In this document: positions 22,147 to 32,744 of the stretch, in pieces | Numbering within the stretch: the first letter of the stretch is position 1 | Layout of the letters: the number at the start of each line of letters is the position of its first letter | Source of the DNA: Candidatus Omnitrophota bacterium | Lineage (GTDB): Bacteria; Omnitrophota; Gorgyraeia; S143-82 | Assembly (NCBI GenBank): GCA_015494465.1 | Contig: WGBD01000004.1 | Span: 68,627 to 132,626, forward strand | DNA: 64,000 bases | Reading direction: 5' to 3' | Notes under the pieces: generated by a model | What the model saw: only the letters and a program-made list of their open reading frames with translations | Told to the model about the DNA's origin: nothing | Databases searched by the model: none | Translations under genes and position numbers: made by a program

Positions 22147-23434
22147 TGGACACCTCCCTGACCCACTCCGGATAGAGCGGGAAGGCCTTGGTGAGTTCCA
22201 GGACCTTCTTCTTCACCTTGGCGATAGTGCCCTCCGTAGGATCACTGAGGACCTCGTCTATCAGGCGGGCGATCTGTCTCATCTCCTCTTCTTTCATCCC
22301 TCGGGTGGTGACTGCGGGGGTCCCTATTCGTATCCCGCTGGCAACCATCGGCGAGTTTTTGTCAAACGGGATCAGGTTCTTGTTTACGGTTATGCCCGCC
22401 TGATCGAGGTAATTTGCTGCGTCCTTTCCGGTGATGTTCCTCGAAGAAAAGACATCTATCATAAACAGGTGGTTGTCGGTTCCTCCCGAGACCAGACGAT
22501 AGCCCATGCCCAGAAACTCCTCCGCCATAGCCTTGGCATTCCTGACTATCTGCCTCTGGTAGTCCTTGAACTCCTCGCTAAGGGCCTCCTTCAGGGCAAC
22601 CGCCTTGGCAGCGATCACATGCATAAGTGGTCCGCCCTGTATTCCCGGGAACACCCGGCTGTTCAACCTCTTGGCGAACTCCTCCTTGGCCATCACCATT
22701 CCTCCCCGCGGACCCCGCAGGGTCTTGTGGGTGGTGGTGGTCACGAAGTGGGACACCGGGATGGGAGACGGATGCACCCCTGCTGCCACCAGTCCCGCTA
22801 TGTGGGCCATGTCCACGAACAGATAGGCCCCCGCCTCGTCTGCGATCTCCCGAAAGCGCTGGAAGTCTATAACCCTCGGATAGGCCGATGCCCCTGCCAG
22901 TATCAACTTGGGCCTGTGTTTGCGGGCCAAGTCCCTTATCTCATCGTAATCCAAGGTCTCGGTCTCAGGATTTACCCCGTAGGAGACGACATTGTATATC
23001 CGCCCGGAGAAGTTCAGGGGATGGCCGTGGGTCAGGTGCCCTCCGCAGGCCAAGTCCATCGCCAGGACGGTGTCCCCGGGATCCAACACCGCCATGTAGA
23101 CCGCCATGTTGGCCTGAGAGCCGGAATGGGGCTGGACATTCACATACTCCGCCCCGAACAGCTCCTTTGCCCTCTCTATGGCCAATCGCTCCACCACATC
23201 AACATACTCACAGCCGTTGTACCACCTCGCAGAGGGATAGCCTTCCGCGTACTTGTTGGTCATCACCGATCCCTGGGCCTCCATCACCGCTATGGAGGCG
23301 AAGTTCTCGCTGGCTATCAACTCTATGTTGCTTTCCTGCCTGATCAACTCCTTTACCAGTGCGGAGTACACCTCCGGATCCGTGCGTTTGACATGTTCCC
23401 ACAACATCAGTTCCCTCCGTCTATTCTCCGGCAC
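22127..23434 (-). CDS. glyA: Serine hydroxymethyltransferase
   Basis: PLP-lysine region [15 protein letters not shown]. The start is either the M at 23434 or MLWEH at 23407. Confidence 0.95.
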   Translation of the reverse strand: MPENRRRELMLWEHVKRTDPEVYSALVKELIRQESNIELIASENFASIAVMEAQGSVMTNKYAEGYPSARWYNGCEYVDVVERLAIERAKELFGAEYVNVQPHSGSQANMAVYMAVLDPGDTVLAMDLACGGHLTHGHPLNFSGRIYNVVSYGVNPETETLDYDEIRDLARKHRPKLILAGASAYPRVIDFQRFREIADEAGAYLFVDMAHIAGLVAAGVHPSPIPVSHFVTTTTHKTLRGPRGGMVMAKEEFAKRLNSRVFPGIQGGPLMHVIAAKAVALKEALSEEFKDYQRQIVRNAKAMAEEFLGMGYRLVSGGTDNHLFMIDVFSSRNITGKDAANYLDQAGITVNKNLIPFDKNSPMVASGIRIGTPAVTTRGMKEEEMRQIARLIDEVLSDPTEGTIAKVKKKVLELTKAFPLYPEWVREVSSEEIAH

Positions 23435-23901
23435 CTTGGCACCGGGGCCCTTTCCTCTATAGAACCGTCCTCTATCCAGGAGATCTCTCTCACCCTGCGG
23501 GCGTGCCTGCCCTTTTGAGGAATCGCCTTCAGGAAGGCGGATATTATCTTCTCGGACATCTTTGGTGAGACGAACATCGCCCCCATCACCAGTATGTTCG
23601 CGTGGTTGTGCTCTCGCGTCAGGGTTGCCCCTTCAGGGTTGTGACAGAGACCAGCACGGATGCCCTTGACCTTGTTGGCAGCGATTGCGGACCCTATCCC
23701 GGTCTTGCATATCAGGATACCAAACCGCGCCCGCCGGCTAGTCACCGCCTTGGCTACCGCGTAACAGAAAAACGGATAGTCGCAGGACTCCTCGGAATCG
23801 GTCCCGCAATCGAGGACCGTTATCCCCTGAGAGAGCAAGAAGCCCTTCACATGTTCCTTGAGGCGAAAACCCGCGTGATCACTCCCTATCGCTATCTTCA
23901 T
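23407..23901 (-). CDS. rpiB: Ribose-5-phosphate isomerase B (RpiB/LacAB family)
   Basis: [18 protein letters not shown]...CGTD...[16 protein letters not shown]. Confidence 0.85.
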   Translation of the reverse strand: MKIAIGSDHAGFRLKEHVKGFLLSQGITVLDCGTDSEESCDYPFFCYAVAKAVTSRRARFGILICKTGIGSAIAANKVKGIRAGLCHNPEGATLTREHNHANILVMGAMFVSPKMSEKIISAFLKAIPQKGRHARRVREISWIEDGSIEERAPVPRCRRIDGGN

Positions 23902-24298
23902 CCCTTATGTACTCCCTCTCTACGGTGGTGCGTATGCCACCCCGGATGTTAAAGACGCCCTTGAGTTTGAGATACCGGGGCCTGCAGGCCTTCACCAGAT
24001 CGTCGACGATGCGATTGACTACATGCTCGTGGAATATCCCTATGTTCCTGTAGGCGGTCAGGTAGAGCTTGAGGGACTTCAACTCGATGCACCACCTGTC
24101 CGGGACATAGTCCAGTTCGAAGGTGGCAAAATCCGGCAGTCCTGTCTTGGGACAGACGCAGGAAAACTCCAGTATGTCCAGATGGATCCTGTAGTCTCTA
24201 TCGGGGTACTTGTTCTCCCACACCTCTATGGGAGGCAGTTTCATCGTGCGGACATATTCCTGGCGTCCTTCGTAATCGCTCTTCCTTCTCCTCGGCAT
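23879..24298 (-). CDS. queF: NADPH-dependent 7-cyano-7-deazaguanine (preQ0) reductase, unimodular type
   Basis: 139 aa; catalytic Cys in EFSCVCPKTGLPDFATF; T-fold; located downstream of queDCE. Confidence 0.8.
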   Translation of the reverse strand: MPRRRKSDYEGRQEYVRTMKLPPIEVWENKYPDRDYRIHLDILEFSCVCPKTGLPDFATFELDYVPDRWCIELKSLKLYLTAYRNIGIFHEHVVNRIVDDLVKACRPRYLKLKGVFNIRGGIRTTVEREYIRDEDSDRE

Positions 24299-24301
24299 CT
24301 C

Positions 24302-24991
24302 CTATTCCACCCCCAGACACCTATGGACCTGAGGAACGATCCTCACCTCGTGCGGAAATATCCTCAACAACCGGCGCTGCCAGTCCAAGAGCAGGGGGAC
24401 CGTCTCCTTCTCCCTCCCCCAGACCGGCTGTAGAACAATAATCATATCACGGTCCACCTGCAACAACAAGGCCTCAAACCTCTCCCTGTCCTCCTCTGAG
24501 ACCTCCTCTGAGACGACCACCTTCACTATCAGGTTGACTCCATCCGGCACCTGTCTCACAAACTCCTCGTGGACCTTCCACTGAGGAGGGACCTTTGCCA
24601 CCGAAGGCAGTTTCACATCCGTGGCCACCCAGTGCAGAAAATGGGCGACCTCGGAGAGTTGATTGGGCAGTGTCCCGTTGGTCTCAAGATAAACCCTCAC
24701 TCCTAGATCCTTGAGTGCCGGCAGGAGCTGGAGCAGGAACCTCACCTGCAAGAGGGGCTCTCCTCCGGTGAGGGCTACTGAGTGAACAGGGAGGCTCTCC
24801 GCGACGAAGTCGTATATCCCCTTCCAGTCCAAGTGGAGCCTCGCCGAAAAGTCGGTGTCGCAATAGGAACAGGCCAGATTGCACCCCGCAAACCTGACGA
24901 ATACCTGCCGGACGCCAACCAGAGGACCTTCCCCCTGAACCGAGACGAAGAGGTCAGACAGATCTGCGCGCAGAAGACAACAGTGGGTCAT
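24302..24991 (-). CDS. queE: 7-carboxy-7-deazaguanine synthase (radical SAM)
   Basis: CNLACSYCDT radical-SAM cluster motif; 229 aa. Confidence 0.85.
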   Translation of the reverse strand: MTHCCLLRADLSDLFVSVQGEGPLVGVRQVFVRFAGCNLACSYCDTDFSARLHLDWKGIYDFVAESLPVHSVALTGGEPLLQVRFLLQLLPALKDLGVRVYLETNGTLPNQLSEVAHFLHWVATDVKLPSVAKVPPQWKVHEEFVRQVPDGVNLIVKVVVSEEVSEEDRERFEALLLQVDRDMIIVLQPVWGREKETVPLLLDWQRRLLRIFPHEVRIVPQVHRCLGVE

Positions 24992-25643
24992 CTATCCCCG
25001 CCTCACGGAATCCCTTTGCCCGCAGACGACAACTATCGCACCTGCCGCAGGGTCTTTCCCCTCCCGCGTAGCAGGACCAGGTCAATTCGTAAGGTACACC
25101 CAACGATGTGCCTATCTTTATAATCTCTGCCTTGGTGAGGGTTACGAACGGGGCAATAACCTTTATCGGATGACCCTCCACACCCGCTTTGGTCCCAACC
25201 CTTATCATCCGATTAAAGGCCCTTATGAACTCCGGACGACAATCGGGATAACCGGAGTAGTCTATCGCGTTGACCCCTATAAATACCTTATCTATCCCGT
25301 AGGCCTCCGCGTAAGCGAGGGCCAGAGAGAGGAACACGATGTTGCGGGCGGGGACATAGGTAATCGGGATCTTATTCGTCAGACGGGAGGGGAGTTTCAA
25401 CTCCGGTTGCAGGAGCGCACTCCCGACCTCCGGGAAGGGGACCTTTACCTTCTTCACCTTCACCCCCGCCTTGCGGGCAACTGCCAGAGCAGAGTCCAGT
25501 TCCCGCCTGTGCCTCTGCCCGTAGAGAAAGACCATGGCAAGGGGCTCGGGAAATTTTCTGCGGACATAGTAGAGCAGGGTCGCGGAGTCCAACCCCCCGG
25601 AAAGCAGGACTATGGACGAGAATGTATCCCTACTCTTCCTCAT
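24954..25643 (-). CDS. queC: 7-cyano-7-deazaguanine synthase
   Basis: PP-loop VLLSGGLDSATLL; C-terminal zinc-binding cysteines CYAGGERPCGRCDSC. Confidence 0.9.
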   Translation of the reverse strand: MRKSRDTFSSIVLLSGGLDSATLLYYVRRKFPEPLAMVFLYGQRHRRELDSALAVARKAGVKVKKVKVPFPEVGSALLQPELKLPSRLTNKIPITYVPARNIVFLSLALAYAEAYGIDKVFIGVNAIDYSGYPDCRPEFIRAFNRMIRVGTKAGVEGHPIKVIAPFVTLTKAEIIKIGTSLGVPYELTWSCYAGGERPCGRCDSCRLRAKGFREAGIDDPLLSSARRSV

Positions 25644-26019
25644 CCTCGCTGTAGATCGCGCAGGAGTTCTCGTTCTCCCACACCTCCACCGAATGGGCCT
25701 CTACATTCAATATCCTCGCCTCCCGCAGGCGACGGTTTACCTCCTTTAAGATGTACCTGGCGATGTTCTCTGATGTGGGATTCGTCTCTTTAAATGGGGG
25801 GAGGTCGTTCAGGTACTTGTGGTCCAGCCCGTTCAATATCTCGTTCAGCCATTCTCTTGCCCTGCGGAAGTCGAAGAGCATGCCCGTCCCGTCCAAACGC
25901 TTGCCTCTTAATGTGAGTTGGACCACCCAGTTGTGACCGTGCAGGTTCTCGCAGGATCCCGCGTAGTTGCGCAGGTTGTGTGCGCTGGAAAAGTAGCCCC
26001 TTACCTTTATGTAAAACAC
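25630..26019 (-). CDS. queD: 6-carboxy-5,6,7,8-tetrahydropterin synthase (QueD/PTPS)
   Basis: 129 aa; the CENLHGHNW Zn-binding histidines and catalytic Cys of the PTPS family. Confidence 0.85.
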   Translation of the reverse strand: MFYIKVRGYFSSAHNLRNYAGSCENLHGHNWVVQLTLRGKRLDGTGMLFDFRRAREWLNEILNGLDHKYLNDLPPFKETNPTSENIARYILKEVNRRLREARILNVEAHSVEVWENENSCAIYSEDEEE

Positions 26020-26816
26020 ATCTGACTCCTTCTTACGCTGACGCCTTCCAACCTTTCTCCCAAGAACATCTCCGCCAATTCCTCAAATCCATCCGGGACA
26101 TCGGATACGAAGATCCTCAAGGTTCCCCTGCCCTTGCGCCTCTCCCTTTTGAGGCCTAGGTCCCGCAAGGTTCTCTCCACCGCCTGGGCGGTGTAGTGGG
26201 CGGAGGAGACCACCTCGCACCCCAGAAACCTCCGTATCTGTCCCTCTATTATAGGGTAATGCGTGCATCCGAGCAACAGCAACTCGGGGGAAAAGGCCTT
26301 GACCTCCTTCAACTGGTGACGGATCACCTCCTCCCCTATTTCCTCCCTGAAGGCACCCGTCTCTATAATCGGAACCAGCAAGGGGCAGGGCTGGGCCATC
26401 ACCCTGCAGTCTGGTAGGAGGCGATGTATCAACTCCTGATAGACCCCACTGCGTATGGTTGCCGAGGTACCTATCACCGCTACCTTCCGGTAATTCTTCT
26501 TCCTCAATGCAGTTTCCATAGGCGATATCACCCCAACGATGGGGACGGAGAATAGTCGGCTCAGGAAGTCCAAGGCCAGAGAAGAGGCGGTGTTGCAGGC
26601 CACCACGATGAGTTTCACCCCTTTCTCTATCAGGAAAAGGGAGTTCTCTACCGAGAACCTCCTGATAGCCTCTGGAGACTTGTTCCCGTATGGCAGACGG
26701 GCGATGTCTCCGAAGTAGACCACATCCTCTCCGGGCAGGAGCGAGCGTACCTCCTTTACCACCGTCAACCCGCCCAGACCGGAATCAAACACCCCAATGG
26801 GTGAGTGCTTACCCAC
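26007..26816 (-). CDS. murI: Glutamate racemase
   Basis: IGVFDSGLGGLTVVKEV...VVACNTAS...LGCTHYP (the two catalytic cysteines). Confidence 0.9.
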   Translation of the reverse strand: MGKHSPIGVFDSGLGGLTVVKEVRSLLPGEDVVYFGDIARLPYGNKSPEAIRRFSVENSLFLIEKGVKLIVVACNTASSLALDFLSRLFSVPIVGVISPMETALRKKNYRKVAVIGTSATIRSGVYQELIHRLLPDCRVMAQPCPLLVPIIETGAFREEIGEEVIRHQLKEVKAFSPELLLLGCTHYPIIEGQIRRFLGCEVVSSAHYTAQAVERTLRDLGLKRERRKGRGTLRIFVSDVPDGFEELAEMFLGERLEGVSVRRSQMCFT

Positions 26817-27846
26817 CGCCTTCCCTTTCCCTCCGCAGTTCCTCGAAATAGGATATCAATCCCTCGAATATCGCTCGGGCGATCTTCTCCCTGTAGGCAG
26901 GGTCTGCCAGTTTGCGTGCCTCCTGGGGATTGGAGATAAAACCGACCTCTATCAGGACCGAGGGCACATTCGTCCACTTCAGGACATAAAACGGTGCCCC
27001 CTTTGCCCCCCGATTCGGGCTGTGCATAATCCGGGCTATGTTGTGGGCGAGGGCCTCTGCGAGTCTTCGGGATTCCGCCCGGTTCTCGGTGTGGATTATG
27101 TCCCATACTATCACCTTGACCTTGTCGTTCTCCGTACCTTCGAAACGCAAGGCAGCGTTTTCCGCTGCCACCACCGCCCGGGTGGAGTCGTCCACCTTCT
27201 CGCTGACATAGTACACCTCTATCCCCTTGGCGGTCTTGGACCGGCTGGAGTTGGCGTGGATACTTATAAAGACATCGGGCATAACCTTGTTGGCCATCCT
27301 GGCCCGGCCCCGCAAGGAGATGAACACATCTTTGTCCCGGGTCATGTATACTTTCACACCTGATGCCCGCAGTTGCCTCGCCAGGCGCCGGGCGATGTCC
27401 AAGACTATGTCCTTTTCCTTCAGCCCGTTGCCCATCGCCCCCGGATCCTTGCCCCCGTGGCCCGGATCTATCATTATCTTTATCTGTTCCCCCTCCCGGA
27501 TGGTGCCCATGTTCTTCACATAGGAAAAGAGGGCAGGACTCACCCAGGTCTTCTCCCCCTCGCAGGCCACGGACCCAGGCAGGCGGACGATGTGGTTCTC
27601 CACCAGTATCCATTCGGAGTTGCACAGGAGGCGCACGCTCTTTCCCGCTATCAGGTATTCCCGTATGTATCCGGTGGAGTCGGTGGAGATCAGGGGATAC
27701 CGATCCCCAGACAACAGGACCTTCTCCTCTTTCTCGACGACGGTTGGGGTAGTCTTGGAGACCCTATGCCTGAGCGAAGGACCGCATCCGGATATAGCAA
27801 TCGAGAAGAGGAGCCATAAAAAGATGTGGTGAATCCGCACCTTCAT
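26809..27846 (-). CDS. N-acetylmuramoyl-L-alanine amidase (Amidase_3 family), predicted lipoprotein
   Basis: Leader [21 protein letters not shown] (lipobox-like). Amidase_3 catalytic region KIMIDPGHGGKDPGAMG...SIHANS. Confidence 0.85.
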   Translation of the reverse strand: MKVRIHHIFLWLLFSIAISGCGPSLRHRVSKTTPTVVEKEEKVLLSGDRYPLISTDSTGYIREYLIAGKSVRLLCNSEWILVENHIVRLPGSVACEGEKTWVSPALFSYVKNMGTIREGEQIKIMIDPGHGGKDPGAMGNGLKEKDIVLDIARRLARQLRASGVKVYMTRDKDVFISLRGRARMANKVMPDVFISIHANSSRSKTAKGIEVYYVSEKVDDSTRAVVAAENAALRFEGTENDKVKVIVWDIIHTENRAESRRLAEALAHNIARIMHSPNRGAKGAPFYVLKWTNVPSVLIEVGFISNPQEARKLADPAYREKIARAIFEGLISYFEELRREREGGG

Positions 27847-28382
27847 ACCAGTTCCGACAACCTGAACAGCGAACGCAGGCTTATCCCCTCCCGGGCCAGA
27901 GACTCCTCCGCACCTTCCTCCCTGTCGACCAAAACCATCGCGGAATCCACCTTCAGGCCCGCAGACCGAAGCACCTCCACCGCCTTTAAGATAGACCCTC
28001 CGGTGGTCGCTACATCGTCAACGACCAGCGCGCGCTCACCTTCCCGAAAGGATGGGCCCTCTATCTGGCTCCTGAGACCGTGGCCCTTGGGCTCCTTGCG
28101 CACTATCAATCCCCGCACCTCTCTGCCCTTCATCCCCGCGCAGGTGATAACCGCCCCTACGATGGGATCCGCTCCCATCGTCAGGCCGGCGACTATGCCT
28201 ATGCCCTCTGACTCCACAACTTCAAGGATCGCGGAGCCTATGAGATAGGCAGTCCTCGAATAGAGACTCACCTTCCTTCCGTCTATGTAGTAAGGGCTGA
28301 TCCGACCAGAGGCGAGTCTGAACTCACCTCTCACCAGCACCGACTTCAGATAATCCCTCAACTCATCCAGGTCAGGTCTCAT
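27843..28382 (-). CDS. pyrE: Orotate phosphoribosyltransferase
   Basis: [34 protein letters not shown]...; PRPP-binding motif [12 protein letters not shown]. The start ATG overlaps the atpB stop (ATGA). The ORF-track extension to 28622 lies inside atpB and is rejected. Confidence 0.85.
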   Translation of the reverse strand: MRPDLDELRDYLKSVLVRGEFRLASGRISPYYIDGRKVSLYSRTAYLIGSAILEVVESEGIGIVAGLTMGADPIVGAVITCAGMKGREVRGLIVRKEPKGHGLRSQIEGPSFREGERALVVDDVATTGGSILKAVEVLRSAGLKVDSAMVLVDREEGAEESLAREGISLRSLFRLSELV

Positions 28383-29779
28383 AGTCCCGGGGTCCCCTGA
28401 TAATACTTCTCTATAAACTTGGACTTTATCCTGTGCAACTGGCTGGCAGGCAGGATGGAGAGGACCTCCCAGGCGATGTTCAAGGTCTGCTCTATGGAGC
28501 GGTTCTCGTCTTTCCCCTGGGCCAGAAAGCGCTCCTCGAATGCGGAACCGAACTCCAGAAACTTCTTGTCCCTCTCGCTCAACTCCTCTTCCCCTATGAT
28601 GTCCGCAAGGCTCCTTATCCACTGGACCTCGGCATAACTGGCGTACAACTGGTTTGCGACATCGGGGTGATCCTCCCGCGTGCTCCCCTCACCGATCGCG
28701 TCCTTCATCAATCGGGAAAGGCTGGGAGGGAGGTCTATCGGCGGATATATGCCCCTCTGGTGAAGTGCCTGAGACAGAACGATTTGTCCCTCGGTTATGT
28801 ATCCGGTCAGGTCGGGTATGGGATGGGAGATGTCCATATTGGGCATCGTGAGAAACGGTATCAAGGTGATGGATCCCTCTTTCCCCTTCACCCGACCGCA
28901 CCTCTCGTAGAGGTTGGCGAGGTCGGTGTACATGTATCCGGGATAGCCCTTTCGGGACGGGACCTCGTCTCTGGAGGCGGACAACTCCCGTAAGGCCTCG
29001 CAGTAATTGGTCATGTCCCCGATTATCACCAGGACATGCATGTCCTTCTCAAAGGCAAGAAACTCCGCCAGAGTCAGGGCGCACCTGGGGGTGATTATCC
29101 TTTCCTCCGGGGGATCGTCAGCGAGGTTCAGGAACATCGTCACCTTGTCCATGTTGGCGGTGTTCTCCAATACCTCCCGGAAGAAGAGGGCCTCGTCGAA
29201 CCTTATCCCCATCGCAGCGAATACTATCGCAAACTTCTCGGTCTTTCCCGAGACCGTCGCCTGACGAATTATCTGGGCGACTATCTCGTTGTGAGGCAGG
29301 CCCGCCCCCGAGAATATCGGCAGTTTCTGACCCCGCACCAATGTGTTCATACCGTCTATAGCGCTGATACCGGTCTGGATGATGTCCCGCGGATAGTCGC
29401 GGGACATCGGATTTATCGCCAGCCCGTTTACATCCAACTCCTTCTCCGAAACCGGCATAGGATAGCCGTCTATGGGCTTGCCCAATCCGTTAAACACACG
29501 ACCAAGCATCTCTGCAGAGACCCCGAGCATAAACGGCCGTCCGAGAAACCTGACCCGTGCGCTTTCCGGCGATATACCTGCGGTCCCCTCGAATATCTGG
29601 ACCACGATGGCGGACTTGCCTGCCTCCAGGACCCTCCCCAGCCTCTTGGAACCGTCCCCCAATTCCACCTCCACCATCTCACCGTAAAAGACCCCGGGCA
29701 GGGGTGATAGCACCGCTATGGCCCCGCGCAACTCCTTGAAACTCTGGGTCTCCTTTAGCCCCTTAAAAACCGCTTCCAT
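28379..29779 (-). CDS. V/A-type ATP synthase subunit B (non-catalytic)
   Basis: 466 aa; the V-type B family pattern is conserved throughout (...[27 protein letters not shown]...). It is adjacent to and overlaps the subunit-A gene. Confidence 0.9.
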   Translation of the reverse strand: MEAVFKGLKETQSFKELRGAIAVLSPLPGVFYGEMVEVELGDGSKRLGRVLEAGKSAIVVQIFEGTAGISPESARVRFLGRPFMLGVSAEMLGRVFNGLGKPIDGYPMPVSEKELDVNGLAINPMSRDYPRDIIQTGISAIDGMNTLVRGQKLPIFSGAGLPHNEIVAQIIRQATVSGKTEKFAIVFAAMGIRFDEALFFREVLENTANMDKVTMFLNLADDPPEERIITPRCALTLAEFLAFEKDMHVLVIIGDMTNYCEALRELSASRDEVPSRKGYPGYMYTDLANLYERCGRVKGKEGSITLIPFLTMPNMDISHPIPDLTGYITEGQIVLSQALHQRGIYPPIDLPPSLSRLMKDAIGEGSTREDHPDVANQLYASYAEVQWIRSLADIIGEEELSERDKKFLEFGSAFEERFLAQGKDENRSIEQTLNIAWEVLSILPASQLHRIKSKFIEKYYQGTPGL

Positions 29780-31544
29780 ACCTTGCCTCCAACTGAGAGA
29801 ACGCCTCCCGCATCTCCTCCATAAACTCGTCGAACTTCTCCAGTCTGTCGTTGGGGATCTCCTCCTTGAGGCGCATTATTCTGCTGAAGACCTCCATCTC
29901 CAATATCGTCAGTATGTGTATACCCATTGCCAGGAGGCTGCTAGCCCGATCGTAGAACTCCAAAATCACCTCTATTATCTTCGTCGCCTTCTCCGGGGTG
30001 CAGAAGCTGTCCACCTCGCTGTAGGCATTCTGCTGGAGGAATCCCGTGCGGATGAGACGGGCGGTCTCAATGACCAGGCGCTGGGCATCGGGCAGGGCGT
30101 CCACGCCGATTAATTGGGCCACCTTCTCCAGCCTGTCCGCCTCCTGAAGTATGGAGGATATGCGGGTGCGCATCTGACTCCAGGACAGGCCCTTGACCTG
30201 CTCGTCCCACCACTTCGCCAGGTCCTCTACATAACCGCTGTAACTCTCCATCCAGTTTATCGACGGGAAGTGCCTCTGACCGGCCAGCTTCTTATCCAAT
30301 GCCCAGAAGGTCCGCACGAATCGTTTGGTATGCATCGTCACCGGCTCGGAGAAGTCTCCACCGGGGGGAGAGACGGCCCCTATCACCGTTATCGATCCAT
30401 TATTCCCCGAAAGGGCCTCTACATATCCCGCCCGCTCGTAGAACTCGCCCAAACGCGAGGCCAGATAGGCGGGATAGCCCTCCTCGGCGGGCATCATCTC
30501 CAGCCTCCCCGCGATCTCCCGCAGGGCCTCTGCCCACCGACTGGTGGAGTCTGCCATCAAGGCCACATTGTAGCCCTGATCGCGGAAGTACTCTGCTATG
30601 GTGATACCGGTGTATACGCTCGCCTCCCGGGCAGCCACCGGCATGTTAGAGGTATTGGCGATGATAATCGTGCGCTCTATCAGGGGTTTACCACTGCGGG
30701 GATCGTGGAGGTGAGGGAATTCCTCCAGGACCTGGGTGATCTCGTTGCCCCGCTCACCGCAACCTATGTATATGACGATGTCTGCAGATGCCCACTTGGC
30801 CAACTGGTGCTGGGTAATCGTCTTGCCGGTGCCAAATCCACCGGGGATTGCGGAGACCCCTCCCAGGGCCACCGGGAAGAGGAAGTCTATGACCCGCTGT
30901 CCGGTAATCAAAGGTATGGTAGGCTTGAGCCTCCTCCGGACCGGCCTCTTCTTGCGCACCGGCCAGCGCTGGAGCATAGAGACACCCACTGTCTTGCCCT
31001 CACTCGTCTCCAGCTTTAAGACGACATCCGTTATCCTGTACTTCCCCTGCCCAGCGACCCAGATCACGCGCCCCCTTAATCCCACCGGTAGGAGAACCCT
31101 GTGCACCACGAAAGAGGTCTCCTGCACCTCGCCGATAATCTGGCCCTCCTCCAACTCATCTCCTTCGGAAACCTTGGGCACGAATTCCCAGAAGCGAGAC
31201 CTGTCCAAAGGATCGGCCTGCACCCCATTCTCCACGAATATTCCGCTCTTCTCCCGTATTACCTCCAGCGGGCGCTGGATACCGTCGAAGATGTTGCCCA
31301 TAAGACCCGGTCCAAGTTCCACCGATATAGGGAATCCCCTATCCACGACCGCATCCCCGGGCGTTATCCCGGTGGTATCCTCGTAGACCTGAATTATCGT
31401 CTTGTCCCCCCGGACTCCTACTACCTCTCCAACCAGACCGATGTCTCCCACGGATACCTGATTGCCAACCGGGGTAGAGCGCAGACCGGTTGCGATGACC
31501 ACCGGCCCGTTTACCGACCAGACCTCCCCTACAGCACTTGGCAA
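29763..31544 (-). CDS. V/A-type ATP synthase subunit A (catalytic)
   Basis: 593 aa; Walker A GGFGTGKT; characteristic V-type non-homologous insertion region; no intein. Confidence 0.9.
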   Translation of the reverse strand: MPSAVGEVWSVNGPVVIATGLRSTPVGNQVSVGDIGLVGEVVGVRGDKTIIQVYEDTTGITPGDAVVDRGFPISVELGPGLMGNIFDGIQRPLEVIREKSGIFVENGVQADPLDRSRFWEFVPKVSEGDELEEGQIIGEVQETSFVVHRVLLPVGLRGRVIWVAGQGKYRITDVVLKLETSEGKTVGVSMLQRWPVRKKRPVRRRLKPTIPLITGQRVIDFLFPVALGGVSAIPGGFGTGKTITQHQLAKWASADIVIYIGCGERGNEITQVLEEFPHLHDPRSGKPLIERTIIIANTSNMPVAAREASVYTGITIAEYFRDQGYNVALMADSTSRWAEALREIAGRLEMMPAEEGYPAYLASRLGEFYERAGYVEALSGNNGSITVIGAVSPPGGDFSEPVTMHTKRFVRTFWALDKKLAGQRHFPSINWMESYSGYVEDLAKWWDEQVKGLSWSQMRTRISSILQEADRLEKVAQLIGVDALPDAQRLVIETARLIRTGFLQQNAYSEVDSFCTPEKATKIIEVILEFYDRASSLLAMGIHILTILEMEVFSRIMRLKEEIPNDRLEKFDEFMEEMREAFSQLEARYGSGF

Positions 31545-31636
31545 GACCTTACCTCCGTATTAATCGTTCCACCTGTCCCGGATACGAAGTACAAGGTTAT
31601 ATTTTATAACTCAATTTCCGGATCCTGAACAGCAAA

Positions 31637-32740
31637 TTAAGCGCGGACCCTCGCGAATCTGAGCAAGCCTTTTAAGGCAAGACGCTTGTTCCCCTTCTCC
31701 GTCTTTATCTGCCCCACCAAGCGGTTCAGTTCCTCTATCACCGAATCGTAGTGCCTGCGCTCTATCGGATAAGGATGGCCGTCCTTGCCTCCCACCGCGT
31801 AGGAATAGCGGGCAGGGTCGCGGAAGCTCAGGGGTTTAGATTCTATCAGGTCGGCTATAAGGGCCAGGGCCCGAAGGGTCTTTGCACCTGTTTTGGTTTC
31901 CAAGAGCATAGTTTCAAAATTCTCTGGTTGCCTTTCGTAGGTGCCAAGGAGAACTTGATGGATCCGACGGGGATCGATATCTTGAAGCAAGATGTAGTGT
32001 CTCTTCGGAAGCGAACCCATCTCCTGCAGGCGGGAAAGGGCCCTTATTACTCGGGAAGGTTCTTGCCTCGCCAGTTCGACCATCACATCCCGGGTCTCCT
32101 CTATCTCCGAATCGGCAAGATTCAAGACTAGGGCAGGGCGACCCGTAGAGACGATCCCCGCGTGGGGATCGGAAAGAAAGTCCTTGCTGACGCGCGAGCT
32201 CATCCAGTGATAACGCCTTGCCATCGCCCTCCGATCGTCGGACATGCCCTGCTGGATGACCGCCCAGGAACCGTCCCTGCCCACAAACATGGTGTGGTGG
32301 TATATGGTAAAACCGTCCTGGACGCAACTGTTGTCCACCTTAGCGGTGAGTTTTGAGATGCGGACGAGGTCCTCTGGATCTGAGACGAGGCTCCCCAACT
32401 CCCCCGCCTGCCGGATCTCCTCGGGGGTCTGACGGGCGAACCTTCCCTTGCCCCCGCAGACCACGACCGGAGAGTCGGGTATCTCGGAGCAGGCCTTCTT
32501 CAGGGCAAAACACACGGTAGTAGTCAGACCGGAGGAGTGCCAGTCGAAGCCCAGGACGCACCCCAACCCCTGAAACCAGAACGGATCCGACAGCCTTTCC
32601 AGCACCTGCCGGGGAGAGTAGAGACCAAACATCACCTCTAGGATCGCCCGGGATAACCTTATCATCCGGGTCAGCAACCAGCGCGGGGCCTTGCCACCGT
32701 GCAGGGGCAGGTCCAGAGAGCGGTGAAGATAGGTCCCCAT
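31637..32740 (-). CDS. Conserved hypothetical protein (367 aa), coupled to the upstream acyl-CoA synthetase gene
   Basis: A long intact ORF with coding-like composition and a 4-nt gap to the fadD-like gene. I could not assign a family from sequence alone. Confidence 0.6.
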   Translation of the reverse strand: MGTYLHRSLDLPLHGGKAPRWLLTRMIRLSRAILEVMFGLYSPRQVLERLSDPFWFQGLGCVLGFDWHSSGLTTTVCFALKKACSEIPDSPVVVCGGKGRFARQTPEEIRQAGELGSLVSDPEDLVRISKLTAKVDNSCVQDGFTIYHHTMFVGRDGSWAVIQQGMSDDRRAMARRYHWMSSRVSKDFLSDPHAGIVSTGRPALVLNLADSEIEETRDVMVELARQEPSRVIRALSRLQEMGSLPKRHYILLQDIDPRRIHQVLLGTYERQPENFETMLLETKTGAKTLRALALIADLIESKPLSFRDPARYSYAVGGKDGHPYPIERRHYDSVIEELNRLVGQIKTEKGNKRLALKGLLRFARVRA

Positions 32741-32744
32741 CCGC

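Noticed and set aside
21689-23518. A 609-aa ORF on the + strand
   Set aside because: It is antisense to glyA and the hldE-like gene. Its R/P/G/H-rich, low-complexity composition is typical of a frame opposite GC-rich coding sequence. It has no ribosome-binding site or recognisable domain, while both sense genes are unambiguous.
26765-27846. Several 100-290-aa ORFs in alternative frames (26765-27625 -, 26797-27363 +, 27363-27819 +)
   Set aside because: They overlap the well-supported Amidase_3 and murI genes and are P/R/G-rich, which are GC-driven open-frame artefacts.
28383-28622. An N-terminal extension of pyrE into atpB
   Set aside because: The extension lies in an alternative frame of V-ATPase B. 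The conserved OPRTase N-terminus starts at the ATG that overlaps the atpB stop (ATGA).
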